The notes beneath the pieces are model-generated. The model saw only the letters and a program-made list of their open reading frames with translations. It made no database searches and was not told the DNA's origin. The position numbers were made by a program, and so were the translations under genes. Of a stretch of DNA of 64,000 nucleotides, positions 18,192 through 29,400 are shown in pieces. Source of the DNA: a virus (lineage: Duplodnaviria; Caudoviricetes). The stretch is from positions 1-64,000 of IMG/VR virus record IMGVR_UViG_3300014039_000022; one strand, 5' to 3'. How positions within the stretch are numbered: position 1 is the stretch's first letter; every line of letters starts with the position of its first letter.

Positions 18192-18769
18192 CGGAGTTTA
18201 ACGTCAAGACGCTTGAAATTGCCGGATTCGGCGCGGCTTTGCAAGCCCTTAGGCTTCCTTTCGGCAAGGAATGCAGAAGCGAAATATACTTCGTTAATAT
18301 TGATAGTACATGTGGTTTCGACTCAAAGATAAGTACCGCCTGCGGTATAAAACTTGACCCAAAGGATTTATATTTGATGTCGGCTCTTGTCAAGAAAGGC
18401 GATGAGCATGCCAAGGTTGTACGTGGGATAAACGTGTATGCCGAAATCAACGCGCCTCGCTATTGGTGGCAAGAAATGGATACTTATCGCATTGGTACAG
18501 AAAGACTTAGCAGCGAATCGACACTACATATACAAGGAAAATGCCTATCAGAAGAAGAACTTATTAAACTAAAGGAAAGCATCTCCGAATCTTTCATGCA
18601 GAGAAGGGTGCAGATGTTTTCTTACCAGACACTAAGGAGGATATATATTCAAAGAAGAAACCACAGGCTTCCTCAATGGCATATATTCTGCGACTGGATT
18701 AAAACCCTCCCTTATGCGGACGAACTGATTACGGTTGGTATAGACGATTCAAACAATGTCGATGCTTAA
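18167..18769 (+). CDS. ThyX-like (flavin-dependent thymidylate synthase fold) protein
   Basis: GDEHAKVVR, EINAPRYWWQEMDTYR, SEST, SYQTLRRIYIQRRNHRLPQW. Confidence 0.6.
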   Translation: MEERFKSVTEFNVKTLEIAGFGAALQALRLPFGKECRSEIYFVNIDSTCGFDSKISTACGIKLDPKDLYLMSALVKKGDEHAKVVRGINVYAEINAPRYWWQEMDTYRIGTERLSSESTLHIQGKCLSEEELIKLKESISESFMQRRVQMFSYQTLRRIYIQRRNHRLPQWHIFCDWIKTLPYADELITVGIDDSNNVDA

Positions 18770-18887
18770 CCGCTATGAGGATTACGTGAGGAGGATTCTT
18801 TCCGACAGGAGCATGAGTATAAAAGACAAGGATAGACTGCTCCAAAGGATAGGAATCCTTCTTGGTGACTACACGGATTTGTTTTAA
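18762..18887 (+). CDS. Small hypothetical protein (41 aa, not in ORF track)
   Basis: MLNRYEDYVRRILSDRSMSIKDKDRLLQRIGILLGDYTDLF; overlaps the upstream stop. Confidence 0.4.
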   Translation: MLNRYEDYVRRILSDRSMSIKDKDRLLQRIGILLGDYTDLF

Positions 18888-18956
18888 TCCGGTTGCTTCC
18901 AAGGTGTCAATATTGTCTGTATTGACACCTTTTTCTTTAATAACCACTTAATACGG

Positions 18957-18987
18957 ATTGTCTTGAGACAGATTGTCCGTATATTTG
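18957..18987 (+). promoter_or_regulatory. Bacteroidetes-type promoter for the RNAP gene
   Basis: ATTG(18957-18960)-N19-TATATTTG(18980-18987), 28 nt upstream of ATG 19016. Confidence 0.6.
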
Positions 18988-19015
18988 TCAAACAAAAACT
19001 AAATGTAAATATTAT

Positions 19016-22000
19016 ATGGCTACCAATCAGTGTAACATATACCCAAGAGTGGGTAGAAGACTACGTTCGGTAAATACAGACTCTGGGCATCAAGTCCTCG
19101 GCGACGGTGTCACTAGCGAGGCTGTATACAGTATGATACGTCTGTATAATCTTAACGCCAAAAGAAACGGCAATCCTGGTCTTGTAATAAACGACAGTAA
19201 CTCATATACCGATGAGCAGATAGCGGAAATGGCTTCAAACATAGCTGAATTTATTAACAGCAAGCCGGATATGTCCGATATTGTAAAGACAACTAAAGAC
19301 GCTATGACAAAGGCTTTTGGCGCCAAGGAATTGCAAAATCAAGCGGCTATATCCATGAGGGTTAACGGGAAGGAACTTGCCGAGTTAAAATCCGATGTTG
19401 TCAATCTGTTTATGGGTGTAATAAAACAGGAGAGTAAACGCGTCGGCAAGTCAATAAATGATTATGTCAACTCGTTGACTACCGACAACCTTGCGGTTAT
19501 ATTCGATACCGTAATGAAGAATATGCTTCTTCTTACCAAGAAAAACAAGGGTGACGCCTATGGCAGAAATGATGTTGATTCTGCCAGTAAAATAGACAGC
19601 CTTGCCTCTCGTGTGTTTGGAATCAATATGAGCGGACACTATTATGACTCCATATTCTACGAGATAGCCTCTATGGCTATCCCTATGATAAACAAGATAT
19701 ATAACATAAGCATAAGCAGCGATTTGTCTATAAGGCAAAAAACCGAGTCAGTCAACAATACCGAGGCTAACCTTGAGGATATGGAACTTCCACAGGCTGA
19801 GGGTTGGCAGGTTGACCCAGACGAGGTTAACCCTATAAGCGGAATGGCGTCAAGCGTCAACAGACTGCTTATGTTGACACCTTCATATGAGGTTTCCGAG
19901 AAGACGGAATATATAGCCATAAAAGATATAGAGTTATCCAACGGAGAAAAGATAGGTAAGGATTCTGTAATAACCGAGGAAAAAGCATTGGATATACTCG
20001 ATAATGACTTGCTTAAGAACGACAATGACAAGAAGTTTCTGTCGCCGTTTACTACAATAGCGGAAAATGAGAAGAAAACGACTCTTACAGGACTCCCCAT
20101 GCTTTCAAACCCTCAGTTTGTTGGCAGGAGGGTATTCAATATAACAAATGGATGCTTCTCGGGCGAAGAAATGATTTCAAGACTCGAAAGGGCTGGCAAG
20201 AAATATAAAGTCATAGCTGATGTGCTGCGCAAAAACCCTATGACTCGCAACACTTTCGTATCTAACTTCAATAAATATCATCAGCAGGTTGTTGGAACGG
20301 TAAAGGAGTATCAAAAAGACGGGACGTATGTGTATTCTACGCCCGTTCTTAACAAGTCGAATTCAAAGGATTTATTCGAGACGTTCAAGAGTGGGTTGTT
20401 TTATGGAAGAAACACAAATACTTCCGTATTCAAGACTGTAGGCGATGGCGGCGATGGAACCATTGTCACGATATACTGCAACAGGGTTGATATGTATAAG
20501 AAACTCATAAACAGAGTTGAGGGTATCAGCGATTGTATCACATATTATATCGATAACGGAAGGTATCCTGTTCCCAACGATTTGTTTGCCAATAAGCAAA
20601 TGAATAATCCGGCTATAACAACAGACAGCGCCATGCTTGGATGCATAATCAACATGTTCAACTGGATAGGCGTAAAGATAGATGCCGATACAGCGTCAGC
20701 CATAATTGGTAACAAGGCTGACCTTGAGGCGATGATGAAGGCATTCAAGAATCTTTTCGGGGCGAACGGATTTAGAACCACAGAGAACTCATTCAAAAGT
20801 TTTGCTGAAAACGAAACGATACAGAATAATTATCCTATTCTTTTGCGTATGGCTGACCGCAACGGAGTTGAATCATCATACGAGAATATGTTCTCGTTTG
20901 CAGGAAAGAGGCAGACATCAAGGATATTGCCGTCAAGCGCTACTTCGTTATTTAAGAGGATTCATAATCTAACAGGCGACGATTTAAAGAATTTTCTTAA
21001 TGCGAAATATCTTGAAAGCCCAGTTTTTGCCGGTACCGTAAAGGGCAAAACAACTATATACAACAGGATATTGAGTGACCTTTACAGACTTTCTGATCAA
21101 TCTGAGTTTTATACATCATTGAGAGACAAAATAGATGTCATCCGCAATATGGGCGAAAATGATGTCGAAGCCGAGGTGACAGACAGGAGACAGCATGTGT
21201 TGATGGATATAACAACCTATCTTAATAATCTTGCGAATCCTAAATACGCCGGTACCCCTATACTCGGCACACCTTTTATGCTTAAGGGTGACACGATGCC
21301 AAGGAATAATTTCGCCTTTATTCCTTCGTTTATAACAGGCGATAATAATTCCGCGAGATATTTCAGGCTGCTCCATTATGAGGAAGAGGAGATACTTGAC
21401 GGGATATACAATCTGTTCTTGTCTGATGTTAATATGCAGAAATTGATAAGAAGTTACCAAAAAGCCGGGATAGTTGTGAGGGCTAACGACAAGGAGACTC
21501 TCACAAAAAAAGGCAACGAGAAAAAATTCGGTACGGTAGACTTCCTTAACAAACTGTCAGACAAGGATAAGAGCAGACTTGTAGACAAAGACGGAAATAT
21601 CATGGACGCCAATGTATTCAAGGATGAGATTCTCAAACCTTATCTTGAGAGAGAATTTGAGTCCTTTAAGACATTCCTTAAGGATAACGGCATACTCGAT
21701 GTAAACAATGATGGAGAGTATATCAATTTCAAACAATACATAGGAAAGGCAGAGAACCCACAGGAAAGGCTTGACAAGATACTGTATGACTTCTGGCTGA
21801 ATTATAAGTTCGGTATGATGAATGTGGTTAATCTAACGCAGGTTTCTCCTTTATTCTTTGCCGGAGTGAAAGATATGCAGAAAAGAAACAAAGGTGAGCT
21901 GACAAACGGTTATCAGGTTGTTAGAGATGCTGTAGACCTTGACGGCAAACCTATATTCGGAGACAATTTCACGCAAAGGGTTGGTTATTTCAATGATATA

Positions 22001-25000
22001 TCAATCGGCGTGAACGCCAGGACGAGAGAGGTTATGCGTAACGTCATGTATAACCGTTATCTGAAGACAATGAGCGACAGCGACGCAGCCAATGCGGCGG
22101 ATGCCTATATGAATCAATTTGACAGAAACACCTTGACAGATGGTGAGGCTTACAGGTCGCTCGACTCATACAGAAGGATACTCATGTCTATCGGAGAGCC
22201 ATTTTGGGATACAAACAAAGAACTTGCCTATCAGGAGATAAACAGTATAATCAATACCGCTTCAAATTTTGACTCTGACGGCAATCTCACAACCAAGTCG
22301 CTTACAAGAATAAACAACCTCATGCTTGTGATGCAGCCTATAAAGCCTATCAATGACGGCATTGAAATCGCTGGCAGCAAAAGGATTCCATTCCAGCTCA
22401 AATACGCTGAGGTGCCTATCGTGCCGGAAATGTATCCGAATGGAAGCAAAATGCGTGAGATGGGTATGTGGATGAAGCGTAACAATGTTGACTTGATGGC
22501 TTCATCAAAATGCGTCAAAAAGGGCTGTTTCCTTGAGTTTGATTTGCAATATATGATGGTTGACGGAAGTTATATAGACGCTTCGGGCGAGTTTCTTCCG
22601 GGAATGGATTCTGACGGCAAAGAAATAAAAGGAGACGACAAGCCTACAGCGGCTGAGCAAAGACGTTTCATATCAAACAGAGGAGAGGATAAAAGGGTAG
22701 TCATTGATGATTCCATATCTTTCGATAAGATAATGAGCGAGCAGACAAAACATTTCGATAATAAGACCGAAAAGGTTTACGGCGGATACATACATACGCT
22801 TCCTTTGGATTCGATGCTTATACAATCCAACGTGCCAGACCATACAGACGGAGAATCAATATTTGGTACACAGGGACGTAAAATAATTGATTCAGCCATA
22901 AAGAATGATGTTGTTTACAGAATAGGTTATAAAGACGTGACAGGTGGCAAGTTGAAGACTTATTTCAACCTGTTGAACTCTGCTAAATTCGCGAAATCTT
23001 TCGAGGGGTTCATATCGACATTAAACAATGGTGACAGGTTGACAAGAAACCTCGCTTTCTCATTGCTTAATAACGACAGGACAAACCCAGCCGTCATCAA
23101 CAGGATAATACTTGACTCAAACGGAAACCCTATCGTGCCTTTCTCTGAGATTGGCTGCGCTGACGACATCGAGAGCATGCTTATAAGCATGTTCAGAAAA
23201 GGCGTCATAAGGCAGACTGTACCCGGTGGAAGTATAGTACAGGCATCCTCACTTGGTGTTGGCGACAAATGGGTTGCATCACAGGAACTGAACGCGTTTA
23301 TAGAAGACGGCAAATTGTGTGGATATGAGTGTGAGATACCGTTCGACTTCTCCTACAAGGATAAAAATGGCAAGTTGGTAAAACTCGATTATGATAAATA
23401 TTGCTATCCGGACGGAACGTTTAAAGCGGCTCATCCTGAAACATTTTTTCTTACAGGTCAAACTCTTATAGAAGAGGATTTTCCGGGTATACTCGATTTG
23501 ATTGCATACAGAATCCCTACTGAGAAAGAATACTCTATGATGAGGCTACATGTGAAGAGGGTGACACCAAAAGGTTGCGCAAACTCTATCAAATTGCCAG
23601 CAGAATGCACTACTATAGCCGGTTTTGACTTTGATATAGACAAGCTCTATCTGATGAGACATAACTATCACGAGGAAGAAAACAAGGTTGACCCTTACGA
23701 TGTTTGGACTTACTTTTATACATCAAGCGAGTTCGGAAGAAAAGCAGCTGCCATTCTTAAGGAGAAATCAGAATCTATGTCTGATTCCGAGAAGGACGCG
23801 TTGAGGGAGTCGCTCGGCAAGCAGCCGGATGACAGACTATATCTTCACGACTATTGGAACGAGACAAATTTAGCATCTCTTGACAAATCCAAGTCACAGA
23901 TATACGACGAGACGTTAAAGGAAATGGGTTTGGATAAGGCTGAAATTATTGGTCCAAAAGATGATTTTAGTTATAATTTTGACAACGTTCTCGATATGTC
24001 AACAGACGATATAAACAACGCGCTTGTTGATATATACATAGGTGTGTTAACCAACGAGTCAACAGCCTCTGACAGAATAGCGATAGGCGGTTTCAAGAAC
24101 GCAAGTGAGTCTGCCAGGCTGGCAAGAGTGTCAACCCATGCCAAAGAAATGCGTGATAAAGGCTTGATAACAACCGAGCAATATAACAGAATCAAAGGAG
24201 ACGGTGGTTATGAATATCTTAAGAACATTCTCAAGGAAAATAAAAACCTTGACTATAATGAGGATTATGATTATTCCGACCCAGAGACTTCCGTTATATT
24301 CAAGGAAATGAATCAAGCCGCCGGTGATTTGATTGGCATATTCGCCAACGACAACGTAAACGCGTTTATTTCGTCAAGACTTAAAACCTTGAAATTCAAA
24401 AGTGATAACAGGATTCTGTTTGGCAGTCTTGCTGACTCGGGCAAAATCAAGGAACTTAACGGCAGCACGTCAGATATAAACACATCTGAATTGGGTTGCA
24501 ACCTCCTTAATACGAGTGTTAACAATCTTGATACGCTTAAGGCCTTGTCGGAAATGCTCGCAGCCTCTGTTGATGCTGTTAAAGACCCGGTTTTGAATTA
24601 TCTCAACCTCAATACCATAACAGCCGATGCGGCAGGCATGCTTCTCAGACTTGGTTATACAACGGATGATATAGCCTTATTGTTTAACCAACAAATTATT
24701 AAGAAAACCTGCGAGTATATGCGTTACAACGGAATCAGCAGCGTCTCTACAGCGTTAAAAGCCGTTCTGCGTGACTATTATGGAGTGTCAAACGTCGGGA
24801 GAATGCTAAATTCCGAGTATTCACCTATGGCTTTGACTCAAGATAATCTTATGAAAGGCATAACAAACCCGGATGACGCATCGTCGAAAAACATGCAGAC
24901 AGAGGTTGCCATACTTTTCAACAGGATAATATCAAACTCAAGGGAATTGAGCAATTATATACAATCAACAAGAAACACATCTGCAAATGTTGTCAAATCA

Positions 25001-26446
25001 AGGTTTGCGGATGAAATCTCTTCGATACAGAAAGGAGGAAGGGCTTTTGAGAAACTTTTAATCGAGACTTATGACGGTCTTGAGAACCCAATAACAGAGG
25101 ATTGGAATGATTCTGAAAATCCATGGAGTAAAGATGGAGATAAAAAAGGCTTGCATGACAGCCTTGTTGGATTCCTTGACAAATACTCAGAACATCCTTT
25201 TGAGTATGAGAACATGGTTTACAACATAACAAGATACACCATGGATTATATGATGAGGAAATTCACCCCTTATATGTCAGCGTTTTATACCGAGAGGCTT
25301 GACTATGCCGCTGATATGATTTCCCCTTGGGGACTAAGCGGTGATGTCGCACAGATGATACTGAGGGATATACCAAAGTTAAGGCTGATTAACGCGATGG
25401 GCAGCAGATTCAATCCTTTGCTGGAGTCCTCCGACGGTGTCAGCAACGCCAAGAGGTATATAGCCAGCTTTATCAAGGATTTTATGGGCATGTTTTCCGG
25501 ATTAGAAATAAACCAACGTTGGCTAAACGGTGACTCGCAAGAAAACTTTGCCAATTTCATCACATCCAATGATTTTATGCAATCGCTCGATTTCGTAAAG
25601 TTTGACAAGAATCAGCCGCTTGGCAGGGATATGATGGAATTGAGGTACTCTTATAGTATGTCTCCCGAGGAAAAACTCGCACTCGCAAACAGCTTTAATG
25701 AATTATATGAAAGGTATCCTGAATTTGCGAAAGATATCTTTATGCACTTCTATTATACGAAAGGTTTGAATCCAGCCACAAACAGGCTCCTTGGTATTGT
25801 GAATCAGGATATGCTGTATATAAATGCAGTGGGAAACCACAGTTACGTTGATTTGTTTGACGGAAACAACATCATAAACGAAAGCGACGAGGACACAAAA
25901 TCCGAAGATGTCTACAGGTTTATGATGATGCATTGCGGTGATTCAAACATAGTCGGCAAGATGCCTTTCCACATAAAAGATGTTGCTGTTCTGAGCGAGA
26001 AAAACAATGATATCATATCTGTATCTGGAGAACAACTGGACGCGTGCTGCTTTGTTAAAGGCAAGGAAGAGTTTAGAATGAGACCGCTTATAAATATTGA
26101 CGGTAACATCTACGCCTTGGCTGATGCCTCCTCAATCAATACCGGAGATACAAAAAGATTTGGTGACGGTCTTGTTGTAAACACCATACCAAGTGATTCA
26201 AACGATGCTGTTTATGTACTTGTGAAGAATGAGATATCCGAGGATATCAAAGGGCTTATAAACGACAATAACTCGTATATGTTTGACAGGTTTGACATCA
26301 AAGAAGAACGTATTATAAGAAATGATACAATAACAGCCGATGACAAAATTGTCGATGATACAGTAAATGCCGCTAATAGGGCAGCCGCACAAACAAGAAA
26401 CGACAGCATCGTCGATGACAACAACCAGATAGTTTGTGGAAGTTAA
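19016..26446 (+). CDS. Virion-packaged single-chain DNA-dependent RNA polymerase (crAss type, phi14:2 gp66-like)
   Basis: 2476 aa; catalytic GFDFDIDK (23627-23641), YRIPTE, TDGEAY, KR.K, GTQ.RK, VDAVKDP. Confidence 0.9.
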   Translation: MATNQCNIYPRVGRRLRSVNTDSGHQVLGDGVTSEAVYSMIRLYNLNAKRNGNPGLVINDSNSYTDEQIAEMASNIAEFINSKPDMSDIVKTTKDAMTKAFGAKELQNQAAISMRVNGKELAELKSDVVNLFMGVIKQESKRVGKSINDYVNSLTTDNLAVIFDTVMKNMLLLTKKNKGDAYGRNDVDSASKIDSLASRVFGINMSGHYYDSIFYEIASMAIPMINKIYNISISSDLSIRQKTESVNNTEANLEDMELPQAEGWQVDPDEVNPISGMASSVNRLLMLTPSYEVSEKTEYIAIKDIELSNGEKIGKDSVITEEKALDILDNDLLKNDNDKKFLSPFTTIAENEKKTTLTGLPMLSNPQFVGRRVFNITNGCFSGEEMISRLERAGKKYKVIADVLRKNPMTRNTFVSNFNKYHQQVVGTVKEYQKDGTYVYSTPVLNKSNSKDLFETFKSGLFYGRNTNTSVFKTVGDGGDGTIVTIYCNRVDMYKKLINRVEGISDCITYYIDNGRYPVPNDLFANKQMNNPAITTDSAMLGCIINMFNWIGVKIDADTASAIIGNKADLEAMMKAFKNLFGANGFRTTENSFKSFAENETIQNNYPILLRMADRNGVESSYENMFSFAGKRQTSRILPSSATSLFKRIHNLTGDDLKNFLNAKYLESPVFAGTVKGKTTIYNRILSDLYRLSDQSEFYTSLRDKIDVIRNMGENDVEAEVTDRRQHVLMDITTYLNNLANPKYAGTPILGTPFMLKGDTMPRNNFAFIPSFITGDNNSARYFRLLHYEEEEILDGIYNLFLSDVNMQKLIRSYQKAGIVVRANDKETLTKKGNEKKFGTVDFLNKLSDKDKSRLVDKDGNIMDANVFKDEILKPYLEREFESFKTFLKDNGILDVNNDGEYINFKQYIGKAENPQERLDKILYDFWLNYKFGMMNVVNLTQVSPLFFAGVKDMQKRNKGELTNGYQVVRDAVDLDGKPIFGDNFTQRVGYFNDISIGVNARTREVMRNVMYNRYLKTMSDSDAANAADAYMNQFDRNTLTDGEAYRSLDSYRRILMSIGEPFWDTNKELAYQEINSIINTASNFDSDGNLTTKSLTRINNLMLVMQPIKPINDGIEIAGSKRIPFQLKYAEVPIVPEMYPNGSKMREMGMWMKRNNVDLMASSKCVKKGCFLEFDLQYMMVDGSYIDASGEFLPGMDSDGKEIKGDDKPTAAEQRRFISNRGEDKRVVIDDSISFDKIMSEQTKHFDNKTEKVYGGYIHTLPLDSMLIQSNVPDHTDGESIFGTQGRKIIDSAIKNDVVYRIGYKDVTGGKLKTYFNLLNSAKFAKSFEGFISTLNNGDRLTRNLAFSLLNNDRTNPAVINRIILDSNGNPIVPFSEIGCADDIESMLISMFRKGVIRQTVPGGSIVQASSLGVGDKWVASQELNAFIEDGKLCGYECEIPFDFSYKDKNGKLVKLDYDKYCYPDGTFKAAHPETFFLTGQTLIEEDFPGILDLIAYRIPTEKEYSMMRLHVKRVTPKGCANSIKLPAECTTIAGFDFDIDKLYLMRHNYHEEENKVDPYDVWTYFYTSSEFGRKAAAILKEKSESMSDSEKDALRESLGKQPDDRLYLHDYWNETNLASLDKSKSQIYDETLKEMGLDKAEIIGPKDDFSYNFDNVLDMSTDDINNALVDIYIGVLTNESTASDRIAIGGFKNASESARLARVSTHAKEMRDKGLITTEQYNRIKGDGGYEYLKNILKENKNLDYNEDYDYSDPETSVIFKEMNQAAGDLIGIFANDNVNAFISSRLKTLKFKSDNRILFGSLADSGKIKELNGSTSDINTSELGCNLLNTSVNNLDTLKALSEMLAASVDAVKDPVLNYLNLNTITADAAGMLLRLGYTTDDIALLFNQQIIKKTCEYMRYNGISSVSTALKAVLRDYYGVSNVGRMLNSEYSPMALTQDNLMKGITNPDDASSKNMQTEVAILFNRIISNSRELSNYIQSTRNTSANVVKSRFADEISSIQKGGRAFEKLLIETYDGLENPITEDWNDSENPWSKDGDKKGLHDSLVGFLDKYSEHPFEYENMVYNITRYTMDYMMRKFTPYMSAFYTERLDYAADMISPWGLSGDVAQMILRDIPKLRLINAMGSRFNPLLESSDGVSNAKRYIASFIKDFMGMFSGLEINQRWLNGDSQENFANFITSNDFMQSLDFVKFDKNQPLGRDMMELRYSYSMSPEEKLALANSFNELYERYPEFAKDIFMHFYYTKGLNPATNRLLGIVNQDMLYINAVGNHSYVDLFDGNNIINESDEDTKSEDVYRFMMMHCGDSNIVGKMPFHIKDVAVLSEKNNDIISVSGEQLDACCFVKGKEEFRMRPLINIDGNIYALADASSINTGDTKRFGDGLVVNTIPSDSNDAVYVLVKNEISEDIKGLINDNNSYMFDRFDIKEERIIRNDTITADDKIVDDTVNAANRAAAQTRNDSIVDDNNQIVCGS

Positions 26447-26457
26447 TAATTGATATT

Positions 26458-29400
26458 ATGAGTGATTATTGCGTAAGAAAACCATGTGTTAAAAACAAAA
26501 ACGGAGAACTTGTAGACAGCAAGCTTTGGGATGACCTGTTCAGAATAACAGGAAAAGACAGGGCGAGAACGATTGAGTTATACAAGATAGCCAACAGCGA
26601 CACGTTTATGAAATCAGCCGCTGATGAGGCGGAATACGATATGAATGGGCAGATTACTGCCCATTCATTCCTAAAGTTGGCCGGATTGGATGCCGAGTTG
26701 TCAAACGAGTTCAAACAATTGTCGAAAACGTATGACAGCCAGATTGATGAATCCGATTTGGACAAGACAGTCAGAAGATTCAATTCAGAGCAGTCAAAGT
26801 CAGACTATATTCCAAGCGTGTCTGATGATTCTGACGGGAAACTTAACGTCAGGATAGTCAGAAGGAGCGAGAATGCCATAGGGGAGTTAGCTAAGCGTCT
26901 TGAGGATAATAAACTTACAGGCTTGATATCGAATAGGCTGAAAGAGCTTGGCGTAGCATATGATTTCGTTGGAAGTCTTGACTATAACGGAAGGTTCTCA
27001 ACTCAGAACGCATCGAGAATGTCAGATGGTTTGTATCATCTGATACAGTTGTCTACAAACAGCAAAGATATAAATGACTCTCTTGTCGAGGAGGCGGCAC
27101 ATCTTGCCGTGATGGCCACAAGGGATAAATTTGCTGTCAAGAGACTTATAGACGCGATAGCCGACTTGAGAAAGAGAGAGAGGCTTGACTCCATGTTTAC
27201 CAATGAGGAGATAGAGTTAGCCAAGGCTAATCCTAAAAATATTGATTTGGAACTTGCGGGTATAGTTGTAAAGAAAGCGATGCAACGCAAAACCATAAGC
27301 GGTTGGAATAATCTTGTCGGTTCAGTAAAATCATTTATATACGGAATATTCTCAAAGTTAGGTCTTACCAAGGTTATGCGTGACAAAGCGTTGGCTAAAA
27401 GATACGGAGAGGCTATAGCGAGTGGATTCCTGTTTGACGAGGATAACTTCTCGCTCGACAACGCCTTGGAGAATCCAGTCAAATTGTATTCGCTCCGCAC
27501 GGATAATCAGAACACCAAGTTTGTTGAGCAGACAATGAAGAGACTGTCTATACTTAATAACAAACTTATGCAGGCCAGCTACAAGATGGCCTCAACGAAG
27601 GAGTATATGAGTCTAAGACCTGGCGAGTTGTTGGGAGACCGCAACGAGTTGGAGATGAATGAGGCTTTTGCTTCAACGATAGCAAGCAATGCGATAGACA
27701 CTCTTTGGAATGATTTTCAGACAAACTATGGCGTGTTAAGCAGAATATCAGCCAAGGATTTCCGTATGGAGGATATCTCAAGAACTCAAATCGACAATCT
27801 TATGCGTTGCATCGAAGTTTTTGATTCGTTGAAGGATATCTGCGAGGCATATATGTCTTTGGCGTCAAACACAAGAATCAAATATGAGCAGGCAAAGGTT
27901 ATAAGCGATGATTTAGGCGACAGGTTGAAGCCGTCAGCCGCTATGGAGAGCACACTAAAGATAATAAAAGATATAAACGAAGCCCTCTCTGACGGCAAGA
28001 TTGCTATGAGCCTAATGTCTTACAGCCGCATATTCACAGCATCTTTGCTTGAGTTTACGTATGGAAGGGATAATACTACTATTCCTGCAAAAATGGTATT
28101 CAAAGGATTGAGTACAGAAGTTGAGAAAGAGCATACTGTTGACATGTATGACCTTGCCTCAGCCTATATGAGGGACTTCTCTTATGACGGTGGAATATTA
28201 AGTGGATTCAGTTCTTTTATAAGGTCTAAAAGATTTTCAAAAGATTCCTTAACACAGGCTATGGACAAGATAGCCCGTAAAAGCCGCACCATAGCGATGA
28301 AATACAGGGATGACAGACTATCCCAACTAAGAGATATAAGACACAAACTTAAGGAGTCTGGATTTGACGAGGATACATTCTATGAGAAAGTTGTCGCTCC
28401 GCCTAAGGTTGAGATAAAGGATGATTATTATGTAATCAACGGGAAGCCGATAGCGCAAGTAAGCAATATTGACGGTCTCCCTGTAGTTCATGATGTTGAT
28501 GGAGTTTGGCGTCTTGATGATATAGACACCCAGATACCGGTTGATTATGTAGAAAAAACGCAGAGCGGCTATTATATATCCGAATACAATCATAGGCAAC
28601 TATGGATAGACAGAAGGGTTGCTGACAGGTTGGTAAAGAGCCAATTTATAAAGGAGGCGAAATCAACTATGGCTGTAGACGAGAATGGTGACGAGGTTTC
28701 GGAATACATATTGTTTAAGAGGATGCCGGCAAGCAAGAGAAGGTCCATCTATTATAAATACAGGGATAATACGGATATATGGAAGAGATTTATAAAAGAG
28801 TCATACGAAGACCCGAAGATAGGTAAGCCTTCTGAAAAGTATAGAAATAAAGAATTTCAGCGTAATATAGAGAGATATGGAGAGAAATGGCTTGACTTAT
28901 ATAATGAGATTATGGAGTATAAGAGAGCTGTTGATTCCGAATGCCTGTCCGAGAGGGAGGAGTTTGGCTCATCAGGCGACATAAGCGGGAAGAGGCATTT
29001 TGTTGAATATAAAAGGCCTCAATACAAAAAGAGTTTTGTAGGAAAATATCTTTCTCATAGGCTCGACAGTGTTGATTTGTATGACAGTCAGTTCACCACT
29101 CTTCTATGCGAGGATGTGACATCAGACGCTTTCGGAGATATCACGACAGACACCGAACTCAATGAGTTTAATGACGAACTGTCGCTTTATGCCGATGGTT
29201 TGAGGAGAATACCAATAAACGGAATAAATGATGTGAGTGACATTCGCGAGTTGAGTGATGACTTGGTTGGCAGTCTGTTCGCGTATACCGACATGGCTTA
29301 CAGGTTTTTCGGAGCGCAACAGGTATATTCATCAATGAGCGTGCTTGACTATACCGCTGACAACAGAGGAGGGGGAGACTTCACCAATACGCTCAAACTT

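Noticed and set aside
18729-18947. 72-aa minus-strand ORF before RNAP
   Set aside because: Antisense to the + strand operon end and a small + ORF; no supporting signals.
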